From: Fistulifera solaris
Lineage: Eukaryota
DNA: 64,000 nucleotides
Assembly (NCBI GenBank): GCA_030295235.1
Contig: AP026140.1
Coordinates: 744,001-808,000, forward strand
Reading direction: 5' to 3'
Shown here in pieces: positions 35,065 through 47,780 of the stretch. A program made the position numbers and the translations under genes. The notes below the pieces were generated by a model that did no database searches, was not told the DNA's origin, and was given only the letters and a program-made list of their open reading frames with translations. Each line of letters starts with the position of its first letter. The stretch's first letter is position 1.

Positions 35065-36822
35065 ATGACATTCGTGCCGCCTACTTCATCATATATTCGA
35101 GCTTCAGAGGATCAAGCAAAGAAGATGGCTACCGATGACGCGCCATCCGAAATTCCGAAGCTGTCCGTTTCACACGAAGGCGAGCATCACAATGATTTCG
35201 GAGGCGATATCCAAATCACGCGATCTACTTATTTGTTTGCGCTCTGTGCTGCACTAAATTCTGTGAATTTGGGCTACGATATCGGCACTAGTACTTCAGC
35301 AGGTTCGTTCTTTAAGTTTGTTTGGTTAGTCTTTTGGTGCGATGATTCATCTCACAAATTATTTTTTTTTTTCAACAGGAAAATTAGTACAACAAGACTT
35401 AGCACTGACGATGTCACAGCGTGAGATCTTCGTTGGGAGTCTTAATTTGTGGGCGAGTAAGTTATTGAGCAAACCCCCTCGTAATTTATTGCTTCGTTCT
35501 CACTCCTTGATAGTGTTTGGGGCACTGGGGTCGAACTTTGTCACAGATCGCTATGGTAGACGGAGATCTTTCGTTGTTGCATCTATATTGTTTATCATTG
35601 GCTCTATCATCCAAACTACGACGGGTTCTTACGGTCTTCTCATGTTCGGTCGCGTATTCGTCGGCTTAGGTGTCGGCTTCGGACTTGCGTTGGATGTGAG
35701 TGTCTTGAACAGCTTTTCTTGTCTCCAATCAAAGCCCTTCTCATGCGACTGGTCGACTCTAGCCTATTTATATTGCAGAAATTACTCCAGCAAAACACCG
35801 TGGTGAGCTTGTGACATGGTCAGAAATATCTCTCAACATTGGCTTGGTTCTGGGATTTTCAATGAAACTGATAACGTCGAACTGGCGACTCATGTTCCTT
35901 GCGGGGGTTATTATTCCATTGTTGATGATATTTCTGGCCCTCAAAGTCATGCCGGAATCTCCCCGGTGGCTGGTTGCGAACAATCAGGAAGAATCGGCCA
36001 AATCCATTTTGCAGCGAATATATCCGGAAAACTTCGACGTCGATGCTGTTGTGAACGACATTAAAGATGCTTTGCAGCGCGAGCAGGCGGCGGAACAGGC
36101 CGTTGGGTGGGGAGTTGTACTGCATCCCACTCCAGCGTTCAAGCGCATGCTTGTTGTGGGTGTTGGTCTCCCGATTGCTCAACAAATCGTTGGAGTTGAG
36201 GCCATTCAATATTATCTTGTCGACATCATTGAAGATGCCGGCTTTGATTCAAGCGTCAAAGAGAGCCTGGTGCTCATACTTATAGGAATTTTCAAGGCAT
36301 TTTTTGTTGTCATTGGAGGAAAATTGTTTGATAGAAGGGGCAGAAAACCTTTGCTGCTCGTATCCTTATCCGGCGTAGCATTGTCATTGCTCATCATCGC
36401 ACTTGCATATGTTATTAACTCGAAAGCTAGCAAAGGCTTTGTGATATTCGCAATCATTGCGTACATGACCTTCTTTTCGATTGGTATTGGTCCTGGAGCT
36501 TGGCTGCTTGCATCAGAAGTGTTCGCGACGTGCATTCGAGCCAAAGCAATGAGTCTGGCGACGATTGGCAATCGGGCTGTGCGAATGCGGTAGCGCTTTC
36601 TTTCTTTTTCTGATGGCAATCTGCTTGATGGTAATAGCTTTTACCTACTTCTTTGTTCCCGAAACAAAGGGGCGCTCCCTGGAAGACATGACTGTTTACT
36701 TTGCCGAGTTAACCGGCGATAAATCTGTTCTAGAAGCCGAGGCGAAAATCCATAAAGCAGTAGAAATGGTCGGTCGTGAAGAGGAGCCACGGTCGAATAC
36801 TTCATCGAGCGAAGTGTTATGA
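35065..36822 (+). CDS. MFS sugar porter (polyol/monosaccharide transporter-like), at least three introns
   Basis: LGYDIG, DRYGRRR, GRVFVGLGVG, YIAEITPAKHRG, MPESPRWL, QQIVG, DRRGRKPLL, IRAKAMS and VPETKGRSLE. Confidence 0.9.
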
Positions 36823-37040
36823 GTTATGAGCTATGAATAGACCCCTACGCGTGTGCCACATCACGTCATTATAATGCATCATAACGCCTCACTAAAAAAT
36901 TACTTCGAAAAGGCTGATTTAGAATTTCCCTAGTGATTGCAAAGGTATGCTATGCTATTGGCGCTTCGCTCAAATGTTGATTCCTTACAAGAATATCAGA
37001 GCAAAGCTAACTAAATCATTTGATTCAACTATACCCCCAA

Positions 37041-37778
37041 TCACATTGATCCCAGTAGTTCATTTACGGCCGCGCTCTCGTCCCACTTGTGCTTTTCTAA
37101 TGCTTTTCGCGCACTAGCCTCATCAAAGCCCATCTCACAAACCCGTTGTACCGCTTCGTCTTTGCTGGTCGGTTTGGCAAATGATTCGGTCCAAAATCTA
37201 GCGGTTCGATCGAATTCTTCACGATTGGACAAGTACATCTTTGCTACTTCTGCATCCTGTGGATCTCCAGGTTCTGGGGAGCACATTAAAGCCTGCAGAG
37301 ACAACAACGCTGTTTTGATGGTCAGAGCCGGACTCCATTGATCCTTCAGAATATCCTGGAATGCAAAATAAAGTGTGAGGTGGTTTTGTAGCAAATCTAT
37401 ACACCGAAATACCGTCTCAACTATCCTACCAGACAAATTGCGCCTGTTTGAGACGAGATGCTACCGATAATTGAGAGTTAAGAAGGGAAATGGTCAGATA
37501 TGCAGTCGCGAAAATTGTTAACGGCGTCTTTCTACCTACTTGGGGTGCCAGATTTTGGTCAAAAATTTCATCTTGGGCGGCTCAAAGGGATATTGCTTTC
37601 CAATTTCGACATTAATCTCAAAAATTCCGCCTTCGTATACAGTTCCGGAAGGACCTTCGACAGTGGCGAGAAGGTGTCGGAGATTGCCTTCCGAAACTGG
37701 AGCAGCTCGCACGCCGGATGTGTCTTTTTTTGACACTTCTTTCAGTTCTTTCACTAATCGCCCGTTTGCTCCGGCCAT
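37041..37778 (-). CDS. UBE2K: Ubiquitin-conjugating enzyme E2 K/Ubc1 (UBC + UBA), two introns
   Basis: [54 protein letters not shown] and [16 protein letters not shown]. Confidence 0.93.
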
Positions 37779-37914
37779 AATGAAAGTAATGCGATTTACT
37801 GACGGCTTTCTGTGCAGTGAGTTAGTTGATAACGATGTTGTTGTTTACGATTATGACTGCAACGGGCCGCACGAGCCGTTTTGTTTTTACACATGCATTT
37901 TTATAGCGCAGAAA

Positions 37915-38185
37915 TGAAAGAATTACACAGTGCTGGAGTGTACCAATCCCGGGTGCAGTCACGGGTTATGGTTCCTTAGCAATTCTCGGAGCTTTTGTTC
38001 TTATTCCGATGGAAAGCGGTCATCCTGATCGTCAAGTAATCGTGGGGAACGATTTAATGTAGAGAATAGAATAATGACCGCTCACTGGGTAGCAAAGGAT
38101 GCAAAACCTTCGCTTCACAAATGGTCACAATTTACGCTAGCAGCTTTTTCACGTCTGTTTATAGCGTTACTTCTATATTCTTACA
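37915..38185 (+). repeat. 5' LTR of element B (271 bp)
   Basis: tgaaagaattac...ttcttaca; no difference from 44928-45198 seen by eye. Confidence 0.96.
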
Positions 38186-38229
38186 GTTTATCAGAAAACC
38201 CAAAGACTTTACAAACCAGCTCAGCTACG

Positions 38230-41200
38230 ATGGACTCCTTTGAACGCATGATGGAACGCGCAATCGAGGTGATTGCAGCCGGTGGGCCCCCGCCAGAGGT
38301 TCCGATTGATATCCCTGAAGGACCGGTCATTCCTCATGTCCCGGTCAACTACCGCATCCCTCAAGGCTTTCCGAACCCGCCACCGCCCGCTCCATTGGAA
38401 GGGGGAAGTCGCTGTGCGCTTCGTGCTCACGCAGTGTGGCTTGAATAACGATCAGGCGACGCGCTTCATGGATATGAGTGTCAACTCCCTTGAGGACCTC
38501 TCCGAGGCAAGAGAGTCCGAGATTGAAGACCACATCAAGTTGTTGAGTACACCTGTTAACCGCGGTGGGGCGATCTTGGGACTCGGGAGTGCATCGAAAG
38601 TGAAGGCCGGGCGTCTCTTTTGCACGAACTTGCTCGAGTTGGTGAGGGTGGTGCAATCGACGTCTACAAGGTCTCTCTTCCGACTCTTCAGCGTGGCAAG
38701 TCGAAGTCGCGCTATCAACGACGTGGATGACAAGATTACAGTCACTCCACCTTCGTTGTTCGACCCAAAGGACTGGGTTTCTTTCAAGGATGGCGTTGAG
38801 AATTATTTCCGCCAAACGAAGGGGACAAGAAAAATTCCGCTCTACTACGTGATTCGCGAGTGATGATCGTCCCGATTTCAGTACTATCAGCTTCGCCCGA
38901 GTCTCGCATGTGGAGCGCCTCACACTCTGGACCCGAGTACGATAACGATAACGCACGTGTCTATCAGCAACTTGTCCAGTTGATGCGCTGAACCGATGCG
39001 TGGACTTACGTGGTTGGGACATCGGAAGCTGAAAATGGCCCTCAAGATGGACGTGCCGCCTGGCGTCGACTTTGTCGCCACTACGACGGCCCTCATGCTG
39101 TCGAGAAACGTGTTGCGCTTGCGACTCAGGAGTTGCAGCAGTTGACCTATAAGTCCGAGGCTGTGTTTCCGATGGAACGTTCACGTCACTCGCATGTCGA
39201 ACTGCTTTCGCATTCTTGCACAAAACAAAGCGCCCGAAATCGACTCGCGACAAAATCAATTTCTTTCTCAACAATATCAAGAATCCAAACGAGTATCTTC
39301 TTTCCTACATTGCTCGTGATACAAGTGTCGAATTGAAGCAGAATTTCAAGCTTGCTGCCGATCTCTTGTTGGAAGCTGTGAGTTCTACTGCCCAGCTTCA
39401 TGAGCGCGCGCCACCGGAAACAATCGAACGTTTAGAACATCAATTCCAAGCGTGGAAACGGTGGAGGCGGTGGAAGCGGATCCAACAAGAAGAAGAAAGG
39501 CAACAACGGGCAAGGACCTCCTAAAGGAGCTTACACTTTGGAGGAAAAGAACGGCAAGAAGTACTGCAATGGAATCGATGTCACCGCACCCAAGCGCACC
39601 TTCACGCGTGAAGAATGGGGAAAACTCGGTGATTACATCGAAGTCTTGAAGAATGCTTGCAAGGTCAGCGTCCGCAAAGTCGAAGAAGTCGAATGATGAC
39701 GAAACGGTGAAGGCAAGCAACGGAAATGGCGGCCGCCCGGCACTGGCAGTTATGATGATTGACGGTCCGGCGGTAGGACCAGTGGTGAGAATAGGAGTGT
39801 TTCGGTGCTCCGAGTGACACAAACACGTAAGCTAGCAAAGCTTTTAACCTCTACACCTAATCCTACTGACGCCTAACTTTAAATCTAGATGTGAACTCGA
39901 TTCACATGCTGACACCACTTGTTTTGGTTCCAATTTCGTTCCGATCGGCTGGACCGACATTACTTGCACTGTTTAGCCTTACAGCGATGACTATGAAGCG
40001 AAGACCGATATTCCGATCGCTCATGCAGCTACAGCATATGATGATCCGGTTACAGGTCGAGTTACTATTTTAGTTTTCTACAATGGACTTTGGTTTGGAA
40101 ATCAGCTAAAAGATTCCCTAATCAACCCAAATCAGTGCCGCTCCTTCGGCATTGACCTTTGCGACGATCCGTGGGATCGATCTCGCGGTTTGCGGCTTCG
40201 TGTTCCCGGCGAAGGCTTCGAAATTCCGTTTACCTACGAGAAGAATGTTGTCTTTTTCGAAAGCGAGTACCGACACAAGAGGAACTTGACAAGTGTTTTC
40301 GCGTAAAAATGACTTCAAAAGTCGCCTGGGATCCTGCAACTATCGGTGCCCCACGATTGTCGCATGAAGAGGAGACAAAACGGCGACTTATCGGCCAAGT
40401 TCGGATCGATCCAGCCATTGTTTCCAACGACACTGCAGCGCTTCAATTGGATAGCAAAGAATTCGATGTATTGTTGAATGATTGTAGCGCAGTTTTCTCG
40501 GAAGAGGTGTTTACTCAACGGTTGATTGCTGCGGTTCAAATTGCCTCCGATTGTGACCCGCCGGAACCTGAGGGGCAGACCTCAGGGGAGTCGAATCAAG
40601 AGGAGCCAAGCTTTCAAGTCGGCGCAATCAACGTTAACCAGCGCCATTCTCGCGCTACTCCGGCAGAAATATCCCGAAGATTTCATTGTGGTCTCGAAAC
40701 GGCGAGTAAAACCATCAACGCCACCACGCAATTTGGAGTTCGGACTGCCGTCGGACCCCTGGTTCGACGATACTACCCAGACTTGTTGCAGATGAAGTAT
40801 CGAAGACTCCGAAGCACCTTTTTCAACGACACCATGTTCTCCAAGACGCTCAGTCTGCGCGGTAATAAAAGCGCTGGAAGTTTTCACAGATGGCAGTTAC
40901 GTTTCCGTAAAGCCGACACCAGACAAGACAGGCGAGACGGTTGCGAACGCTCTCCGTGAGCTCATCCAAGAGGTCGGAATACCCCAGAAGATAGTGACCG
41001 ACGACGCTAAGGAGAAGCTCGGCCCCAAGACGAAGTGGATGGAGCATGTCCGACAGTACAAGATGGATTGGGCAAACACCGAGCCATACTCTCATTGGCA
41101 AAACCGTGCAGAAGATGCGATTCGAGAAGTTCGTCAAAGATGGAAATTGTTGCAACATCGGAAGTCGATACCGAAGCGACTTTGGGACTATGGTTTAACA

Positions 41201-44032
41201 CACATCGCCGAGATTATGTGTCGAACTGTACGAGCTGGATCCGATCGAACCCCCCACGAAATAGTGACAGGAGACACGCCAGATATCTCCGAATACTTGG
41301 ATTTCGACTTCTATGATTGGGTTTGGTACTTAAATAACCCGAACGACAAGGAAGATCCGCTGTCACTTGGACGATGGCTAGGAGTTTCTCATCGCGTAGG
41401 ATCTGCTATGTGCTACTACGTACTGACTCAGAAAGGGATAGTTCTGTCAAGAACTTCGGTTCAAGGTGTTACAGTTCAAGAACATTTATCGGATGAAGTG
41501 CGTGGTCGCATGGAGAAGTACGATCTTGAAATTGGCAGTCGTCTAGCCGATGAAAAGTACACAAATGAAGCAAGTGCCGACGGAATAATTTTCCTCGAAG
41601 ATCTCGAATCTACAGTTGAAGGTGAAGAAGACAGTCCAATCAAAGATGCCGATGATCTGTGGGATGAAGATAACATGCAAGCTTACGACCATTATGTCAA
41701 TGCAGAGATTCTACTCCCAGTCGGTGATGGAAGGATAGCTGGAACTGTCAAGAAACGCAAGCGTGACTCAGACGGGAAACCAGTCGGGAAACGCCACCTT
41801 AATCCTATGATGGATACAAGACTGTACGAGGTTGAACTTGCTGACGGTACTGTGAGAGAACTTCACGCGAACAATATTGCTGAGTGCATGTTTTCCCAAG
41901 TTGATAGCGAAGGACGCCGTGTCGATTGTTAAAGGAAATCACCAATCATCGAAAGAACGCGTCAGCTGTTTCAAAGGAAGACGGAGTTGTACTTATGCCC
42001 AACGGAAATAAAGCGAAGAAATTAACTACGCGCGGTTGGGAGCTACATGTTGATTGGCAAGAAGGGACATCCGATTGGGTACCTTTAAAAGAATTGAAGG
42101 AAGCTTATCCAGTACAAGTTGCGGAATACGCGAGGGCAAACAAGATTGATGATGAGCCAGCATTCGCGTGGTGGGTTGGTCATGTTCTTCGAAAACGGAA
42201 TCGAATTTTGGCGAAAGTTAAATCACGATACTGGAAGACGACTCACAAATTCGGTATTCGAATCCCCAAGACTGTAAAGGAAGCACTTCAAATCGACGAA
42301 GAAACCGGTACTGATTTCTGGCGTCGCGCAATCGAGAAAGAAATGGGCAAGATTAACGCTATGGGCGCTTTCGAACGGTGGAATGGCGGAACTGCCGACG
42401 ATCTTCGGAGTGGAAAAGTCAAACTACCGGGCTATCGAGAGATAACTTGTCACATGATTTTCGATATCAAGATGGATGGAAAATTTACAAGAAAAGCACG
42501 CTTTGTGGCGGACGGTAACCAAACTGGTGAAGTCCCAGCGCACCTCACTTATTCTTCAGTCGTGACTCGTGAATTGGTTCGGATCGCATTTCTTTATGCC
42601 GCACTCAATAATTTGGATATTCTCGGATGCGATGTAACGAATGCTTACTTGAACGCGCCATGCCGAGAAAATTTGGGTGAAAGCCGGCCCCGAGTTCGGA
42701 GATGATTTAGTGGGCGCCTGCATGCTGATACGAAAAGCGCTTTACGGGCTTAAGAGTTCGGGCTATAGTTGGAGGAAAGCACTTTCTGAGACACTTTCCG
42801 ACATGGGCTATCAGTCAACAGTAGCCGATTCAGATGTCTACAGACAACGCAGCACTCGCAAGAATGGAAGTCACTACTGGGAATTCATTTTGACTTATGT
42901 CGATGATATTCTGTGTGTCAGCGAGAAGCCCGTTGAAACTATGGACATTTTGAAAAGACTTACGCACTTAAGGAGGAGGCTGCCGAGCCAGAAAGATACC
43001 TTGGTGCGAACATCGCTAAAGTTCAATTGGCTGATGGGAGAACAGCTTGGTCGATGTCCAGTAATGATTATGTCAAAGCCATTGATGTTGTCAAGGGAAT
43101 GCTTGCGGAAGACCATAAAGTGTTAAAGCAAGGAAAGGGCAGTGATCGACCGATGCCACAAAATTATCGTCCAGAGGAGGATACAACTCGCGTTCTCGGC
43201 GATAGGTTAGCCTCAAGATATCAGCAACTCATCGGGATGTTACGTTGGGCTTGTGAGTTGGGGCGAGTTGACATTTTGCTAGAGACAGCGTTGATGTCGA
43301 CGTGTTTATGTATGCCACGTGAGGGTCATCTCGAAGCGGTCTACAAGATATTCGCGTACTTGGACGCACACAGGCAATCCAATATGATCTTTGATCCGAA
43401 AGTTGTGGAATTGAATGAGTCTGCGTTTAACAAAACAGATTGGGCCGATTCGGTTTACGGTGATGTGAGTGAAGAATTACCCCCGAATGTCGCCCGAGCC
43501 ACTCGGAATGCCGGTGCACATCACGTGTTTCGTTGATGCGAATCATGCTGGTGACACTCAGACACGGCGATCGCAAACAGGGTTCATCATTTACTTGAAC
43601 AACGCGCCGATCGATTGGTATTCCAAGAAGCAGAATACATGTGAATCTTCTACATTTGGGTCTGAGTTTGTTGCAATGAGAATAGCGGTGGAGAGAATTC
43701 GTGCGCTCAGATATAAGCTACGGATGTTCGGAATACCCATCGCAGGTCCAGCTATAATATTGGGAGACAACGAAAGCGTGGTCAACAGTGCATCCAAAAT
43801 GGAAGCGCGATTGAATAAGAAGCATAACGCGATTTGCTTTCATGCTGTCAGAGAAGCTTGTGCAGCCGGTTGGATTCGAGTTGGCTGGGAGCCTACAGCA
43901 ACGAATATAGCAGATTTATTTACCAAGATGCTTCCAACAGAGAAACGGCGGGAACATATGCAGAAGATCTTTATCAAGAAAGTGAGACGGATTTCTAGTG
44001 ACAATTTTCTTAGCAAGTTTGAGTCATGTTAG
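38230..44032 (+). CDS. gag-pol polyprotein of element B, fragmented by indels
   Basis: IPLYYVIR, QDGRAAWRRLCRHYDG, FFNDTMFS, VTDDAKE, EPYSHWQNRAEDAIRE, TGDTPDISEYLDFDFYDWVWY, RKARFVADG, KALYGLKSSG and STFGSEFVA. Confidence 0.92.
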
Positions 44033-44927
44033 TGACTGATTTTCCATAGTATTTGTGTAGTCTACTACTTATACTACACAAAGACGGCGCATCGGTATTG
44101 CTATTTAGACTTCGACTGTCTATTTGAAGATAGAGTCACTTGGATACCATTGGGAGTTATTTGAAGTTGCAGTTACAAGGTTTGGATACCGTTGAGAGTG
44201 CAACGTCGACAATTTTGCAGACGTGGACATGTTTCTTCTCTTGCCACGACTGACTGTCACGTAGACCTTCAGTACATTTCTTACGTGTCGTAGCCAACCT
44301 ACGGAAGCCTACGGAGCTATGTTCATTTTCTACAGGAATCCAGTACTTGTTTTCTTTGCCACCTCAGCACAAGTTCACGAAGATTGGAGAAAGGTGTGCA
44401 ATCATTTTCCATTAGAATAGGTCTCATAAAATAAGAAATCAATCAATCTATACCGAGTTTACTGAGTCTTCTTTTTGTGGTGAAATTCTCAAGGTCACAA
44501 GCCTTGCGAGTCGATCTACATCCTTTGAGTCCAGGCAGGCAGACAGTGAGTAAGTAACAACAAGCGCACTGTGTGGTTGTCTTTGCTGATTATTGCAATC
44601 AAAGAGTGTTTGCGATATCAGTGCTTTCGTTTGTCAGTCGATCATCTCATCAAAGAGTGTTGAGTTGGTTGATTGTCGTCTTTGGCGTGAGGATATTCCG
44701 CATTCCGAATTCCGTGAGCTATCTGTGCGCTCGGAATTTCTGTCATCTAGCAAGAAAGACGATGGCGTGGGATAGCTATCGAGACGCGGGGACTGTCCGC
44801 AGTTCCTCCTGAGCTTCCAAAAGGGTTGTGCGCGATACAAGTGCAGGTTGGATTGATTAAGCGAACTGTGGAATTCAGAAATGAGTTGCGATCGACGGTT
44901 GAGGCACCTTAGTCGACACGAGAGGAG

Positions 44928-45198
44928 TGAAAGAATTACACAGTGCTGGAGTGTACCAATCCCGGGTGCAGTCACGGGTTATGGTTCCTTAGCAATTCTC
45001 GGAGCTTTTGTTCTTATTCCGATGGAAAGCGGTCATCCTGATCGTCAAGTAATCGTGGGGAACGATTTAATGTAGAGAATAGAATAATGACCGCTCACTG
45101 GGTAGCAAAGGATGCAAAACCTTCGCTTCACAAATGGTCACAATTTACGCTAGCAGCTTTTTCACGTCTGTTTATAGCGTTACTTCTATATTCTTACA
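44928..45198 (+). repeat. 3' LTR of element B (271 bp)
   Basis: Direct repeat of 37915-38185. Confidence 0.96.
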
Positions 45199-45419
45199 GA
45201 AAATCATCGCCTGCTCCTTGCGCCTGCTGGCATTTCGTCCGTGTCTCGAGTTCGAGTCCCGGTAGTATTAGGTGTGGTGACGCCAAGGATGACGCTTATC
45301 AATAAGCCGGCAACTTAAATCGAAAATTTGTAATTTACTCATTAATTGCGGATATGACATGGAAATAAACGCATTACAGTGTCGTGGAACTACACAGAGC
45401 AACTTTTAATAGCAATTAT

Positions 45420-47780
45420 CTATGCATACATAGATTCAATGGCATCCTTGTACTTTTCTGCAGCTACGCTGCGTTTCAGCTTCATCGTTGGAGTCAGTTC
45501 GCCTACTTTCTCACTAAAGTCTGTATCGATCAAAAACCATTTCCCCACTCGCTGAGCTTGCGATGTTGCTTTTTCATTGGCTTGCTTGAGCCCATTGTCG
45601 AAATAGAGACACCATTTGGGGTCGTCCCGTGCTTGCTCGGTAGTTTCTGCTAAGCTTCCAATGTCTTTGCAAGTATCGAGGCTGATACCAGCAAGCTTAC
45701 TCGATGGAACCCCGTTACTGCTCACTTCCACGTGAAGCGAAATCAAGACCGTTAAAAATTTACGCTTGTCGGCCGATGACCATGGCATTCGATACAGCCG
45801 CCATTGCGTGTTTGATCTCTGTCTCGATAAGGACCGGAGGTATGTTTTCGCCACCGGCTGTAATGATGAGTTCTTTTATCCTTCCCGTTATCGTATAGAA
45901 GCCTGATTGTCCAGGAATACTGGGATGCACATCGTCGTCCACTGTGGCGATATCGCCCGTGCGCAAATATCCGTCGTCATCAAAAGCCTCTTCGGTCAAT
46001 TGTGGCATACCCATATACCCTGCGAAAATGTTCCGACCTCGTAAGCGAAGTTCTCCGGTATCACGGTCAATTTTTGTATCGGTTCCCAGCATGGGCCGTC
46101 CTACTGTTCCCACCTTGAAAGCATTGTATTGATTCGATAAATGAGGACCCGTACTCTCCGATTGGCCGAAAACGTCCAAGATGGGGATATCAAGGGACTG
46201 AAAGTATTGAAGTATCTTAATGTCAATCGGTGCGGCCGAAACGTACAACTCATTACATTGATCTAACCCAAGCTTTTGATGAACCGGCCTGAGTAAAAGT
46301 TGAGCTGCATAGTATCCGAGAGGAAATTCACGTATAATGCTACATTGTTTTTGTCCTTCATAGCTGGCAGCTCTCCAGTAAGCTGCGGCTTCCTCCTTGG
46401 CCCATGTTGATACGATCTTTGTGACGCCTGTGACTGTTTTGGCTACCTCCTGCATCCTGTCTATAGCAATACAATCAGATTCGCTTCGACCTCGTCTTGC
46501 ATCTTCAATGGAATGAGCCACCTAAGACTTACCGTAGATCTTTTCCCATACCTAGAAAGCACGGTGGAGCTGTTTAGCGGCTTTCCGCGCAAAAGCAAAT
46601 CGAAACACTACACACAACTCACCCGAGGCACTCCGAAAAAGACGGTCGGACGTACATCTCGTAGAGTATCGACGAGAGAACCTTTCAAAGCATCTGGTTG
46701 CGCAAAATATACTTTACATCCACTAAAGAGGGGTTGAAACATATCCAACGCTTGGGCAGCGATATGACTGAGCGGAAGATACGACACCAACTTGTCGTCT
46801 TTGTCGAGATATCCTTTGCGAGCTGTCTTGAGCATAGTGCGAGCCGTCCACGTGATATTGTCGTGGGTGATCATGACCGATTTGGGTGGCCCCGTAGTTC
46901 CACTCTTTTAGCAGCATGGGATGGCGTAAGGACAATCACGCTTTCATAGCCCAACACGACTTTTCGAACAAGAAGCGAGCTTACCGTGTAAACAAGTTCA
47001 CATGTTTCACCGGGTTTCCATGATTCGGTACGCTGTTTCAAAAGGACGTCGGATATCTCCGTCCCCAGTTGGATGAATTGATCAAAATGATATATTTTTA
47101 CAGAACCATTCATGTCTCTGTTGATACTCTCCGATCCGTAGAGAACAATGGCTTTTAAATAAGGAAGATCAGCAGCGATTGCATCATACTTCTCCAGTTG
47201 TGAAACACTATCGACCACAACAACACGAGCTCTGGAATGATCGGTAATATATTTGCATGCTTCGGGTCCGTTGGTCGTGTACTATGTTCATGAAGACAAA
47301 CCACGTTGAGATGCGTGAATCCCATATTCTTCACAACAAACAAAACGAACTTACGATACCACTAGCGACACCTCCTGCTGCCATCGCCCCGAAATTACAT
47401 ATAAACCATTCCGGACTGTTGAAACCCATGATATTGATGGTATCGAATCGTTCAAAACCAATGGACAACAAAGCCTTGCCGAAGGCATTCACCTGATCTC
47501 GATATTGCTTCCAGGTCCAGCTGGTCCACGGTGTTTCAGTAAGCGGAACGCCCTGTCGAATCAAATATTGATCAGAATCTTGCGCCAGAAATGGCGTCGA
47601 CTCTTTGTATCGTACCTTTCGTGGCCTTTTCTGAAACAAAGCTTCTTCGTTGCCGTATTCTTGCACCACCTGATCAAACGCATCGAACACTCTCATGGGC
47701 GGGATGGACGCTTGACCGGGTCCCATGCGTATCCGGACTTCTTGACGAATGTCGGAGGTATATAGAGGAAGATCATTCAT
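45420..47780 (-). CDS. Long-chain acyl-CoA synthetase, bubblegum (ACSBG)-like, multi-intron
   Basis: INIMGFNSPEW, LVYT/SGTT..PK.VMITHDN, SYLPLSHIAAQ, PTVFFGVPRV, FGQSESTGPH, LRTGD, ITGRIKELIITAGGENIPP and GELTPTMKLKR. Confidence 0.92.

Larger units (their letters stand above)
37915..45198 (+). mobile_element. Full-length Ty1/Copia (CoDi-like) LTR retrotransposon B, about 7.3 kb, 4-bp TSD GAAA
   Basis: 271-bp TG...CA LTRs; GAAA at 37911-37914 and 45199-45202; gag, PR (ELDSHADT), IN (D..D..E), RT (YVDDIL) and RNaseH (DANHAGD, GDN, ADLFTK); PPT GAGAGGAG before the 3' LTR. Confidence 0.96.

Noticed and set aside
38345..39280. 311-aa antisense ORF over gag of element B
   Set aside because: Arg/Ser-rich shadow frame with no motif, crossing sense-strand indels; likely chance.
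38074..45305. Two ORFs starting MTAHWVAKDAKP (38074, 45087) as duplicated genes
   Set aside because: They are translations of the identical LTRs.
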